This document shows, one piece after another, positions 1 to 8,876 of a DNA stretch of 64,000 nt. Both the position numbers and the translations under genes were made by a program. The notes below the pieces were generated by a model that ran no database searches, had not been told where the DNA came from, and saw only the letters and a program-made list of their open reading frames with translations. Origin of the DNA: a virus; IMG/VR virus record IMGVR_UViG_3300027782_000058, positions 1-64,000 of that record. The stretch is one strand, 5' to 3'. Within the stretch, counting starts at the first letter, position 1, and each line of letters begins with the position of its first letter.

Positions 1-10
1 ATCTGGAATC

Positions 11-313
11 GTGCTGTGCAAGCCTGCCCGGATGGAGTGCCCGTGCAAGAAGTTGAGGCCGGTCCTGACGGCTGAGGATGTCAGGCCGTTCCTGCGGAAG
101 ACTGCTGGGTCTGGGACGATGCACGCGCTGATCCGAGGACTGGCGGCGCTGTCGGTGTCGGGTCGGTCGGCTGAGTGGATCGTGGATCTGGTCTGTGACA
201 GGTGCGGGTCCGGAGACGGTGTGGTCCCTGCGGCGGTGACTCAGGGCGGGGTGCTGGTGTCAGAGCCGACTGGGTATGATGCTTTACTCTGCCGAGAATG
301 CCGGGGCGGCTGA
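11..313 (+). CDS. Cys-rich hypothetical protein (may extend beyond window start)
   Basis: CxxC motifs (CDRC, CREC); stop overlaps WhiB ATG at 313; frame is open back to position 2. Confidence 0.55.
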   Translation: MLCKPARMECPCKKLRPVLTAEDVRPFLRKTAGSGTMHALIRGLAALSVSGRSAEWIVDLVCDRCGSGDGVVPAAVTQGGVLVSEPTGYDALLCRECRGG

Positions 314-627
314 TGAGCCGACAGAGGGATATCGACGGAGGGATAGATCTTCCCAGCACGACGGCTGAGTACTGGGAGTGGCAGTTGCGAGGAGCCTGCC
401 GTGACGAGGGGATTGACCCCGAGTTGTTCTTTCATCCGTGGGATGAGCCTCTGGCGCAGAGACGGATTCGAGCCAATGTCGCGATCTCGATCTGCAAGGT
501 ATGCCCAGTCGTCAGCGAATGCCTTGACTGGTCGATGAAAGTCCAAGAGCCGTACGGCACATGGGGTGGTGTGAGTGAGGACGACCGTCGAAGGATGCTG
601 AGGCTGAGACGGGTCGTGCGAGGATGA
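313..627 (+). CDS. whiB: WhiB-family Fe-S transcription factor
   Basis: WQLRGAC...ELFF...CKVCPVVSEC...GTWGGVSEDDRR: four Cys plus G[VT]WGG turn. Confidence 0.95.
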   Translation: MSRQRDIDGGIDLPSTTAEYWEWQLRGACRDEGIDPELFFHPWDEPLAQRRIRANVAISICKVCPVVSECLDWSMKVQEPYGTWGGVSEDDRRRMLRLRRVVRG

Positions 628-889
628 TCGAGCAGTTGTGCGGCTGCTGTATTGAAGTATGTAGATTTGTCAAGTCTTGACATCTGACATATGGTTTGAG
701 CGTGGAACGGATCGTTATACTATAGAGTTGTTTATAGAAGGGCCTGAAAAGGCGGCGCACTTTCTCCGCGCGAGCAAAAAATTCGTCGCGAAAAAATCCT
801 GTACCCTTGGCTCTAGCAGAAAAAATAATAGATGTCAAGCCCGACAAGGGTAAGCACAAAAAATATTTTTTGTCAAGTTGAGGAGCGGT

Positions 890-994
890 ATGGGCGACGA
901 CGAGCAGGACTTCCCCGAGATCTCCCTTGAGGACGCGGCAAGCGCTGAGGCTCCCGAGGCCGACGCGCACCCGCACTTCGAGGAGGAAATGTGA
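890..994 (+). CDS. 34-aa acidic peptide coupled to endolysin
   Basis: GAGGAG RBS at 880; MGDDEQDFPEISLEDAASAEAPEADAHPHFEEEM; GTGA overlap with lysin start. Confidence 0.55.
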   Translation: MGDDEQDFPEISLEDAASAEAPEADAHPHFEEEM

Positions 995-1911
995 CCATCA
1001 ACAAGCCGACACCGGCACAGATCCGCGAGGCCATCCTTGACTGGATGCCCGCCAATAAGGTATCCTTTGATCGGGAGTGGAACACCCGTGGTCGTCCGTG
1101 GGAGTACGGACTTCGCGGCGCGGTCGAGCATCACATCTCAGGTGTCGGAGACGGCGCGGTCGAGTGGTGCGACGGTCGCTCCGAGGGCTACAACTACCCG
1201 TGCTGCAACGAGGTCGTCCGTCGTGACGGCTCGGTGATTATTATGTCCGCTTTGTCCTGCTGGCACTCTGGCAAGGGTGGACCGTGGCCTGCTTACGGCG
1301 TGCCGAAGGATCTTGGCCACCTGATGCTCTGGGGCCGTGAGCACGAGTCGTGGGGGACCAAGCAGGACTTCACCGACGAGATGTTCGACTCGACGGCACG
1401 AATGGACAGTGCCCTGCGTCAGGTCTCGAACTGGGAGAACTTCAACCATCTGATCAACCACAAGGGCTGGACTGACGGTGGCCCGGAGATGGGCCTGTCC
1501 TACTACCACCCGACCCGAGGCCGGAAGAACGACACCCTCTACGACATCTCGGTGTTTCGGACCAACGCTCAGAAGATGTGGGAGACCAAGCATGCCCCTG
1601 CACCTAAACCGCCAGTACCTCCGAAGCCTGTACCCAAGCCCGACTCGGTCGTCGACCTGTCGAACATTCAGCGGGCGGCACGGCGAAAGGGCAAGGACGT
1701 GGATGTGCTGCTGGTGACCAAGGGCCTTCGAGCCGTTGGTATCACCCGTGGTATCCGGGTTCAGGATGTTTTTGACGAATCCGTTCGAGTAGGGTATGCT
1801 TTGTGGCAGCGGAGGCTCGGGTACACCGGCACGGACGCTGACGGCATCCCCGGCATGACCAGTCTCTCGACACTAGGCTCGAAGTCCAAACTATTCAAGG
1901 TGGTGCTGTAG
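991..1911 (+). CDS. Endolysin, N-acetylmuramoyl-L-alanine amidase with C-terminal peptidoglycan-binding domain
   Basis: VEHH, WHSGKG, INHKGWT, RKND amidase-2-like motifs; Pro/Lys linker; WQRRLGY..ADGIPG cell-wall binding motif; next to holin. Confidence 0.88.
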   Translation: MTINKPTPAQIREAILDWMPANKVSFDREWNTRGRPWEYGLRGAVEHHISGVGDGAVEWCDGRSEGYNYPCCNEVVRRDGSVIIMSALSCWHSGKGGPWPAYGVPKDLGHLMLWGREHESWGTKQDFTDEMFDSTARMDSALRQVSNWENFNHLINHKGWTDGGPEMGLSYYHPTRGRKNDTLYDISVFRTNAQKMWETKHAPAPKPPVPPKPVPKPDSVVDLSNIQRAARRKGKDVDVLLVTKGLRAVGITRGIRVQDVFDESVRVGYALWQRRLGYTGTDADGIPGMTSLSTLGSKSKLFKVVL

Positions 1912-2211
1912 ATGCCAGACCAAGTCAAGGCAATGATCGGGACGTGGGCACGGGTGTTCGTGGTATCCGCGATCACCGCGTTCCTCGCTCTCCAGTCTCC
2001 CCCGTGGGATCTGTCAAGTGATCAGTGGCTCGCGGTGCTGTGGGCAGCGATCCTGTCCATCCTGCCCGTGATCGTCAACTGGATGAACCCCGGCTACATC
2101 ATGTACGGCAACGGCTCGGTGTCAAACGGCACGGCTGGCTCGGGCAACCCGCTTCCTGACCAGATCGGTCCGTCGACGGAGAACGTCGATGACCTCCCCG
2201 CCGGAGGCTGA
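1912..2211 (+). CDS. Holin
   Basis: Two hydrophobic TM segments; starts immediately after the lysin stop. Confidence 0.8.
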   Translation: MPDQVKAMIGTWARVFVVSAITAFLALQSPPWDLSSDQWLAVLWAAILSILPVIVNWMNPGYIMYGNGSVSNGTAGSGNPLPDQIGPSTENVDDLPAGG

Positions 2212-2353
2212 AAACCGTAAGTTACTGGCGAGTAGGAAAAAATCTTTACGACGCCATCGAGAAGTTGGACCGGGTCGTGCGGGAAAAACTCCCCACGGCC
2301 CGGTCGCTTCAGTTTTGTCGGGCAAAATTTTTATTGATTGGTACATTTGACCC

Positions 2354-3265
2354 ATGTCTGAACTGGTGTACGGCGGCGAGCCCGTCGAAGAGGGAGCAGG
2401 CGAGCCCGTCGTCGAGGAGCCAATCGACACTCGACCCGATCTGGCAGCCATCGGCCTGCCCGAGATCGAGCGAGGGGTGTGCGAGGACACCTACGAGAAC
2501 CGTGCTGCCCTTCGTCGAGCGAAGTTGCAATGGCAGCCGGTCTATGATAGTTTTGGTAACCCGACCGGACTGATCGCGGCACGGTCCCCGGAGGCGATGA
2601 AGGAGCGACGGATCCAGTCGCTCGCCGAGAAGCGACCGCTGCTCGTCGACCCGAAAGACATGAACTCGGATTATGTCACCGGGCTCGACCTACTGGTCGA
2701 CGAGGCGGCATGCCGTATCGCGCCACCGTGGGTGGTCGGTGCGACCAAGGGGTGGCAAGCCGAGCAACTGGCAGGCGGACCGTCGAGTGAGCGGCGTGCG
2801 CCGAAGGTGCTCCCGACCCGATGCCGCGTGATCAAGTCAGACGGTATCCGCTGCATGCTGTGGGCATCGGGTCGTCATCAGGATGACGGCATGTGCCGAG
2901 TCCATCTACGGTCTGCCCGTAAACCGGGCGAGGACATCGAGCGGGCACGGAAGAAGATCATCCAAGCCGCACCGTACGCGGTGGATGTCCTCGAAGAGAT
3001 GATGGAAACCGCTGTATCTGAGCCGGTTCGGCTCAAGGCTGCAACGGAGATCCTCGACCGTGCCGGAGTTCGAGGCGGCATGGAGATTGACATGGGCGTC
3101 GAGGTGACGGATGCGCGGCCTGCCGCTCAGGTCGTTGCCGAACGGCTGGCCCGTCTTGCTGCAGGAGCCGTGACCGTCGAGGCTGCCCAGCACAAAACGG
3201 ACAATCAGGACGAAGTGATCGATGCCGAGGTCGTTGAGATCGAAGAAGGAGAACTCGATGCGTGA
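2354..3265 (+). CDS. Probable terminase small subunit
   Basis: RC...C...CRVH zinc motif, then APYAVDVL...VRLKAATEILDRAG and acidic tail (VIDAEVVE), typical of actinophage small terminases. Confidence 0.55.
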   Translation: MSELVYGGEPVEEGAGEPVVEEPIDTRPDLAAIGLPEIERGVCEDTYENRAALRRAKLQWQPVYDSFGNPTGLIAARSPEAMKERRIQSLAEKRPLLVDPKDMNSDYVTGLDLLVDEAACRIAPPWVVGATKGWQAEQLAGGPSSERRAPKVLPTRCRVIKSDGIRCMLWASGRHQDDGMCRVHLRSARKPGEDIERARKKIIQAAPYAVDVLEEMMETAVSEPVRLKAATEILDRAGVRGGMEIDMGVEVTDARPAAQVVAERLARLAAGAVTVEAAQHKTDNQDEVIDAEVVEIEEGELDA

Positions 3266-3428
3266 AGAAATCGAAGAGATCGCGAACTTGGCAGCCGTGC
3301 TCGTTGAGGAACTTCAGTCCGACATCGAGTTGTGCAAGACAAGAGAAGAGCATATTCGGATGACGGCACGGACGAACGCTGCGACCAATCTTGTGCGCCT
3401 TCTCGACCTAGCGGCCTCGCGGATTTGA
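3258..3428 (+). CDS. Hypothetical protein
   Basis: AAGGAG RBS, ATG 3258, helical 56 aa. Confidence 0.65.
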   Translation: MREEIEEIANLAAVLVEELQSDIELCKTREEHIRMTARTNAATNLVRLLDLAASRI

Positions 3429-3433
3429 CTGTA

Positions 3434-3484
3434 GGTTGTTTCTTTGATATGATGCATGCTATGCATCAGATCAAAGAAACAACC
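3434..3484. repeat. AT-rich near-perfect palindrome (24-bp arms, 3-nt loop) overlapping a TTGACT-N17-TATGAT promoter
   Basis: GGTTGTTTCTTTGATATGATGCAT-gct-ATGCATCAGATCAAAGAAACAACC, one mismatch. Confidence 0.9.
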
Positions 3485-3588
3485 GTACTTGGGACCTAAG
3501 CCCTTTTTCTAATCGGGGTTACACTCGAATTGACGGCAAGCGACAACGCAATGCCTACGCTGAGGCGCGGGGGGACCGGAGGCATGAG

Positions 3589-3762
3589 ATGCCTGATCTA
3601 TTTATTTCAGTTCTAGTCCTAATGACAGTCGTTCAATCCACGCTGTGCGTGGTGATGATTACGTCGATTGCCGTGAGTGAATATCGGTACTTTCATTTGG
3701 CAAGCACAATTCATCACAAGGAAAACGTGCATGCTGCAGAGGAAGCCAAAAAAAATTTTTAG
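3589..3762 (+). CDS. Small membrane protein (57 aa)
   Basis: GGAGG RBS at 3578; MPDLFISVLVLMTVVQSTLCVVMITSIAV hydrophobic N-terminus. Confidence 0.55.
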   Translation: MPDLFISVLVLMTVVQSTLCVVMITSIAVSEYRYFHLASTIHHKENVHAAEEAKKNF

Positions 3763-3847
3763 CGGCACGGGCTGTTCATATCGAGTGCATCACGCTATGG
3801 TGTAAGTGAGTGCCTTAGAGCACTTCAAATACACAACGGAGGAAACG

Positions 3848-4279
3848 ATGTACAAGACCAAGATCGGCATGGCCGTGGGCCTAGCCGCTGCAGCACTCGT
3901 GCTTACGGCCTGCGGGTCGGGAAGCGGCACGGCCTCGACCGTGACGGTAACAGCGACCGCTGCAGCACCCGCACCCGCTCCTGCACCCGCACCAGCGGAG
4001 ACGGTAGACAGCGGCTCGGTCAAGGATGCCGCGTACATCGCGCTTCTTCGCAGTAAGGGCAACTCGTACGTCGACTCTGCAACGGACGAGAAGTTGATCG
4101 AACTCGGACACTCGGCGTGCGACGTATTCGATAGCGGCACGACCGTGCGCGAGTACGCCGTGTACTTCGTGAAGGAGTACCCGAACAACGAGGAGATGCG
4201 AACATTCGCCGCGTACCTCGGCGGTGCGGCGGTGGCCGCGTACTGCCCGGAGTACCAGTACCAGATTGATGCCCTCTAG
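3848..4279 (+). CDS. Lipoprotein, DUF732-like
   Basis: Signal peptide with lipobox LTAC; Thr/Pro-Ala linker; DAAYIALL...GHSACD...AAVAAYCPEY. Confidence 0.8.
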   Translation: MYKTKIGMAVGLAAAALVLTACGSGSGTASTVTVTATAAAPAPAPAPAPAETVDSGSVKDAAYIALLRSKGNSYVDSATDEKLIELGHSACDVFDSGTTVREYAVYFVKEYPNNEEMRTFAAYLGGAAVAAYCPEYQYQIDAL

Positions 4280-4281
4280 TC

Positions 4282-4629
4282 ATGGACGATCCACGGATCC
4301 GGGTTGGATCGGACGCGCTGCTGGACTCTCATCTGCCCGGCATGCCGTTGTCCGACATCCAACCCCGAATCGTGGAACGGGCAGGCAAGGATGCCGAGAC
4401 CGTGATTGATGCGCTCGACCGACTTCGCCTCGGCGAGGGAAACTCCTTCGAGCGCGATGTCGAGCGGCTGCTCGCAGCGACACGGATGAGACTGCTCGAA
4501 GACATCCTCGACCGATTGAAAGACGAGATGTCAAAGGTTGCTGACAGCGAGCGGTACTCGCACCTCGAACCCGGAATCCGATGGTCTTTGGAGATCCTCA
4601 CGGACCGGGTGATCGGCGTGGGCAAGTGA
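4282..4629 (+). CDS. Hypothetical protein
   Basis: Tightly packed ORF in operon. Confidence 0.65.
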   Translation: MDDPRIRVGSDALLDSHLPGMPLSDIQPRIVERAGKDAETVIDALDRLRLGEGNSFERDVERLLAATRMRLLEDILDRLKDEMSKVADSERYSHLEPGIRWSLEILTDRVIGVGK

Positions 4630-4931
4630 AGGTTGCGGTCTACTGGATGCGAGCAGGCTCGGATAACTGCCGCCGCTTTACGCTCTCCGATGAGCACGAT
4701 CATTACGAGATCCTCAGTCGACTCGTCGAGGAGACCGCTGCCTGCAGCGGCCCGCTGTATGACAAGGTCTCACCGATGCCTGAAGTCGAGGGCGGCTCGG
4801 GACTGCAGGAACGGGACTTAGTCAGACTTGACGACACTCTCTACGAGTTGAAGTCTCGAACGGAGTTCGTCTCTGCCTTCGATCAAACCGCGTACTTGAA
4901 ACCGATGACGGTCGACGACGACTTGACCTGA
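4626..4931 (+). CDS. Hypothetical protein
   Basis: GTGA overlap with upstream gene. Confidence 0.6.
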   Translation: MKVAVYWMRAGSDNCRRFTLSDEHDHYEILSRLVEETAACSGPLYDKVSPMPEVEGGSGLQERDLVRLDDTLYELKSRTEFVSAFDQTAYLKPMTVDDDLT

Positions 4932-4958
4932 GTAAGATCTCTATGATACAAATGATCC

Positions 4959-5270
4959 ATGTTCACTATTCTGCTATTTGGCAAGGCGTGGGAGATCAAC
5001 GAGCGCCTGAAGGGCGAGGACGACAGCGCCGGGTCCGTCGTGTTCCTCGCCTTCTTAGCGCTGATCTTCGTTTGGCCAGTGCTACCGGCACGGCTGCTCT
5101 ACCACGCGGGCATGTCTCAAAAGGTAGCCCTCTTGGTGACGGTGATCCCCGGAGCCATCTTTGCTCTACTGTCAATCGGTCTCTATCTGGCTGTCGGTCT
5201 GGTGGTGGCACTTATCGCTGTCATCGGAGCGACCTGCTACATGACGTGGACTAGCGGCTCGGAGGATTGA
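4959..5270 (+). CDS. Membrane protein
   Basis: Three to four hydrophobic segments. Confidence 0.65.
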   Translation: MFTILLFGKAWEINERLKGEDDSAGSVVFLAFLALIFVWPVLPARLLYHAGMSQKVALLVTVIPGAIFALLSIGLYLAVGLVVALIAVIGATCYMTWTSGSED

Positions 5271-5331
5271 CACACGGATTTAGATCTGTACTATGAAACG
5301 AAATGACACCCACCGAAGTGAGGAAGCAGAC

Positions 5332-5508
5332 ATGAGCAATTCCAAGAAAGTGACGGAGGCACGGCAGGCGTGGATGGAGACCACCACCGCGCTGATGGCA
5401 AGCGGCACGGATGAGAACCGCGAGGCGGAGATGAAGGCATGGGCCGCTCTTCAGGCCGCAGTGTCTTCGTACTCTGAGAAGAACGGCCATGTCGACGACG
5501 GAGTCTGA
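5332..5508 (+). CDS. Hypothetical protein
   Basis: Promoter at 5267; GAGGAAG RBS; ATG 5332. Confidence 0.7.
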   Translation: MSNSKKVTEARQAWMETTTALMASGTDENREAEMKAWAALQAAVSSYSEKNGHVDDGV

Positions 5509-5629
5509 GCGCGAACGATGGTGGTTTCACTTCTGCCGTTTGTGCGATAACACGTTTAGCAGCCGATCCGAGATAGAGTTCTGCAGAGTCTGCAGCATCC
5601 AAACCATTAGCGCGGAGGTACCGCTATGA
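5489..5629 (+). CDS. Zinc-ribbon miniprotein (46 aa)
   Basis: CRLC...CRVC; ATGA overlap with the glycosyltransferase. Confidence 0.55.
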   Translation: MSTTESERERWWFHFCRLCDNTFSSRSEIEFCRVCSIQTISAEVPL

Positions 5630-6369
5630 ACCCGAACGAAAAGGTTGTCGTCGGATATGTCGACAACGGAGTCACACGCGGCCCGTTCGCACATGACCTG
5701 TTCCTGATGGGCGCGTCCCGAGCGGATCGGTTCGCCGGGATCGTGAACGAGTGCGACAACCTGATCGCTCGTGGTCGGAACCGCATGGTAAAAAATTTTT
5801 TGGCAAGCGGCACGGCTGAGTGGCTGTTCATGCTTGACGCCGACCAGCGGTTTTACCTCGAAGCGTTCGACTTGCTCATCAGTGCGGCGGACGCCAAGGA
5901 GCGGCCTGTCATCTCCGGGCTGTACTTTGCTGCCAACGACACTGGCGAGTTGTACCCGTTGCCGATGCCGACGATTTACATGAGGAACGAAGAGCATTCC
6001 TTTCATGTGATCACGCATTACCCGGAGAACGCGGTAGTCCAGATCGACGGTGCGGGCGCGGGATTCATGCTCGTGCATCGATCCGTGTTCGAGAAGATCG
6101 CTGAGCAGGCTGGACCTGAATACCTCGACCGCTGCTGGTTCCGTGACTACCCGCTGCCCGATGGTGACGGATGGTTCGGCGAGGATCTGTACTTCTGCAA
6201 CATGGTCCATGATGCCGGGTTCAACATGTACTGCCACACTGGAGCCACGTCTCCGCACATCAAGTCGTACGCGGTGACTGAAGCGCACTTCCTGAAGTTC
6301 CGCGACTTCTTCGATTCACAGGGGATCAAGTCCGAGTTCCAGAAGCGACTTGACAACGGCACGGATTAG
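5626..6369 (+). CDS. Glycosyltransferase (GT-A/GT2-like)
   Basis: IARGRN, WLFMLDAD (DxD), GAGAGFMLVHRSVF, GEDLYFC. Confidence 0.85.
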   Translation: MNPNEKVVVGYVDNGVTRGPFAHDLFLMGASRADRFAGIVNECDNLIARGRNRMVKNFLASGTAEWLFMLDADQRFYLEAFDLLISAADAKERPVISGLYFAANDTGELYPLPMPTIYMRNEEHSFHVITHYPENAVVQIDGAGAGFMLVHRSVFEKIAEQAGPEYLDRCWFRDYPLPDGDGWFGEDLYFCNMVHDAGFNMYCHTGATSPHIKSYAVTEAHFLKFRDFFDSQGIKSEFQKRLDNGTD

Positions 6370-6409
6370 TAGGTAAGGTCGTACCTCGACCACTACTCAG
6401 GGAGACGAA

Positions 6410-6751
6410 ATGACGGAGATTCAGGTTGTATGGGCGACCGGCGCGCGGTGGGCAGCCGAGGTCGGCAAGGATCCTGTGACGACGAAGACCATCGAGTACT
6501 ACACGGACGGCGTGCCGGACGAGGACATCTGCGAGAAAGTGTTCCGTGACACGAACCTCTACGAGGGTGATCTCTGGGACGCGCTTCAACCGCTGTCCGA
6601 GGCACGGACTCATACCTCGCTCTCGGTTGGCGATTACGTCATCATCGACGGACGCATGTACCGTTGCGCCGGAATCGGCTGGGAGCGCACCGAGACCTTC
6701 GACCCCGGCTTGGGCTTTCTCGACCCGATCCCAGAGGAGATCGACCTGTGA
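6410..6751 (+). CDS. Hypothetical protein
   Basis: Promoter 6350; CAGGGAG RBS; HTSLSVGD motif. Confidence 0.75.
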   Translation: MTEIQVVWATGARWAAEVGKDPVTTKTIEYYTDGVPDEDICEKVFRDTNLYEGDLWDALQPLSEARTHTSLSVGDYVIIDGRMYRCAGIGWERTETFDPGLGFLDPIPEEIDL

Positions 6752-6969
6752 CAGATCCAACGGCACATCCGCCGATTGACCGCGTCGAACTGTCTGCGGA
6801 TGAGCATGAGAAGTTCGTGCTCTGGCTCGAAGAGGGAGTCGAGCGCGGCTGGATAAGCAGCCCGGTGTGCAGCACGCATGACGGCCTGCCCGGTACCGCC
6901 GAGGAAGACATGGACTGGGAGGAGGGGCTAGACCCCTGCGTTCCAGCAGTGAGAATCTGGGTCGCATGA
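6748..6969 (+). CDS. Hypothetical protein
   Basis: GTGA overlap; CSTHDG..DPC motif. Confidence 0.65.
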   Translation: MTDPTAHPPIDRVELSADEHEKFVLWLEEGVERGWISSPVCSTHDGLPGTAEEDMDWEEGLDPCVPAVRIWVA

Positions 6970-7157
6970 GATTCGGATGGTGCATGGACAACCATCACGA
7001 GAACTGCCGACAGGTCTACCGCCAGCACTGGTCCGACGATGAAGTGCGCCGATGCGACTGCGAATGCCACAAAGGGAAAGAACTCCCTGACCCGCCGCCG
7101 TCGAAAGAATCTTTGCGAATGCCTGTGAATCCGAACCCCAGAAGGAGGAAGGGGTGA
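6966..7157 (+). CDS. Cys/His-rich miniprotein
   Basis: WCMDNHHENC...CDCECH; ATGA overlap. Confidence 0.65.
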   Translation: MRFGWCMDNHHENCRQVYRQHWSDDEVRRCDCECHKGKELPDPPPSKESLRMPVNPNPRRRKG

Positions 7158-7354
7158 CACTCGTGGCACCGTGTGACAAGTGCGGCAAGGACATGACCGA
7201 GTACGGAAGTTACGAGATTCGACGAAAGCACCCGGACCCTCGACGAGACCTAATAAAAAATTTTTGTTCCGAGTCCTGCATGTACGACGCGCTCGACTCG
7301 CGTGGCACGCGACTCACCGGGCCAATGCTCGAACGCTTGACACGAGCATCATAG
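7154..7354 (+). CDS. Zinc-finger miniprotein
   Basis: CDKCG...FCSESC; GTGA overlap. Confidence 0.65.
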   Translation: MTLVAPCDKCGKDMTEYGSYEIRRKHPDPRRDLIKNFCSESCMYDALDSRGTRLTGPMLERLTRAS

Positions 7355-7467
7355 AGGGTGTACCTTCCACATTAGGCAGGACGCCTGAAGTTGACAGCAA
7401 GACACCTGATGGTGTAACCTTGCTTCAGCAAGACCAAATGACGAAACGACACAAGGGAGTGATCAAA

Positions 7468-7686
7468 GTGCAGAACACCACGGTCAACTATGACCTTCAG
7501 TTCAAGAACCTCACGTTCGCCGACATTATGCGCGAGGGCGAGAAGTGGAAGCGCGAGCGCGTTTTCTTCGACGCCAAAAAGGCGTTTGAGTCGGCTCGCC
7601 GCTCAGAGGCGCGCGGCGTCTCCGTCGCCTTCGCCAAGAGCGAGAGCGGCGCGTACTTCGTCTGGAGCGGGGAGGTGACGGCATGA
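7468..7686 (+). CDS. Hypothetical protein
   Basis: Tandem promoters 7337/7391; CAAGGGAGTGATC RBS; GTG 7468. Confidence 0.7.
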   Translation: MQNTTVNYDLQFKNLTFADIMREGEKWKRERVFFDAKKAFESARRSEARGVSVAFAKSESGAYFVWSGEVTA

Positions 7687-7925
7687 GGCCGAGTATGAAG
7701 TTCGGAAGTCCCGTCGAGGTGCATCGTCAACGGCCCGGCCTGTACGAGGCAACCAACGGATACGTCATCCGACGCACCAACCCGATCACCAGTGACGGAC
7801 GTGCTTGGTGGATCGTCTACCACCCATCAATCGTCGGCGGCTACGACAACGGCATGTGGCGTCGACACCCGGCGAGCAAGACCTTCGAGACTCTGGCTGA
7901 CGCAAAGGAATGGGTGATGGCATGA
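7683..7925 (+). CDS. Hypothetical protein
   Basis: ATGA overlap; C-terminal FETLADAK motif. Confidence 0.7.
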   Translation: MRPSMKFGSPVEVHRQRPGLYEATNGYVIRRTNPITSDGRAWWIVYHPSIVGGYDNGMWRRHPASKTFETLADAKEWVMA

Positions 7926-8128
7926 GTACCTACTACGAGTACCCCGAGACCTCTATCCTTATCAACGGACAGGGTGGGTACGACATCACGTTCTACGACG
8001 GCACGGTCGAAGACATGCCGCAGATTCGGATGGTGATTCCAGCGCACTCGTACTACATCGAGGAGTGCATTCGGAACATTGTCGAGTACGCCAAGACCTA
8101 CGGCAAGGAAGAAGCCCTACGGGGTTGA
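7922..8128 (+). CDS. Hypothetical protein
   Basis: ATGA overlap. Confidence 0.65.
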   Translation: MSTYYEYPETSILINGQGGYDITFYDGTVEDMPQIRMVIPAHSYYIEECIRNIVEYAKTYGKEEALRG

Positions 8129-8201
8129 CAAGAAATAATGGATAGGTGTAAGATCGCATCATCAAGACAACACAACGACAAACAACACTAGGGAGATAGA
8201 A

Positions 8202-8789
8202 ATGGGTTACTACGTCACACTTATTGCAGCAGACTTCACGATCCCCGAGACCCCCGAGGTTCTCGCGGCGATCCACGGCATGGACGTTCGCTTCGACGCG
8301 CTGAAGCGCGGCGGCGTGATCGGCGGGGATAAGCCGCAGGAGAAGTGGTTCTCATGGATGCCGAAGTTGGGCACGCTCACCAGCGTGCAGGAGGTGTTCG
8401 AAACGCTGGGCTTCGACACCGAGATCGACCCCGAGACCGGGAATGTCGGGCTTGTCGGGTACGACAACAAGACTGGACAGGAGGACTTGTTCCTCGCGGT
8501 GGTCGCGCCGTTCGTCAAGGACGGCTCGTACACGGTATGGCGTGGCGAGGACGGCATGTTGTGCCGATACGAGGTCACGGAAGGACGCCTTACCGTACGG
8601 AACTCTTTCGTCCAGTGGACCGAACCGGAGCCGTTTGCCATCGCGCACTATGGCTCTGTGGGATCGTTCAGGGATGGGACGTACCTTGGATTCTCGATCC
8701 TCGTGGACCCGTACAACGACGACGAGACCACGATCATGAACCTGATCGACGACCAGATTCAGGACTTGCGCGGCGCATCAAAGGTATGA
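8202..8789 (+). CDS. Hypothetical phage protein
   Basis: Promoter 8125; CTAGGGAG RBS; MGYY start and GSY..WRGEDG motif. Confidence 0.8.
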   Translation: MGYYVTLIAADFTIPETPEVLAAIHGMDVRFDALKRGGVIGGDKPQEKWFSWMPKLGTLTSVQEVFETLGFDTEIDPETGNVGLVGYDNKTGQEDLFLAVVAPFVKDGSYTVWRGEDGMLCRYEVTEGRLTVRNSFVQWTEPEPFAIAHYGSVGSFRDGTYLGFSILVDPYNDDETTIMNLIDDQIQDLRGASKV

Positions 8790-8876
8790 TAGATTGACCA
8801 TGCAAGACAACGACAAACGACACAACGACTAGGGAGGCAAGGAAATGCAGGTACCGACGCGAGTGGAGGTGGCGGC

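Noticed and set aside
1909-1914. Genome-wide TAG recoding (the lysin TAG abuts the holin ATG in frame)
   Set aside because: Many genes, including capsid, tail and cassette genes followed by terminators, end cleanly at TAG.
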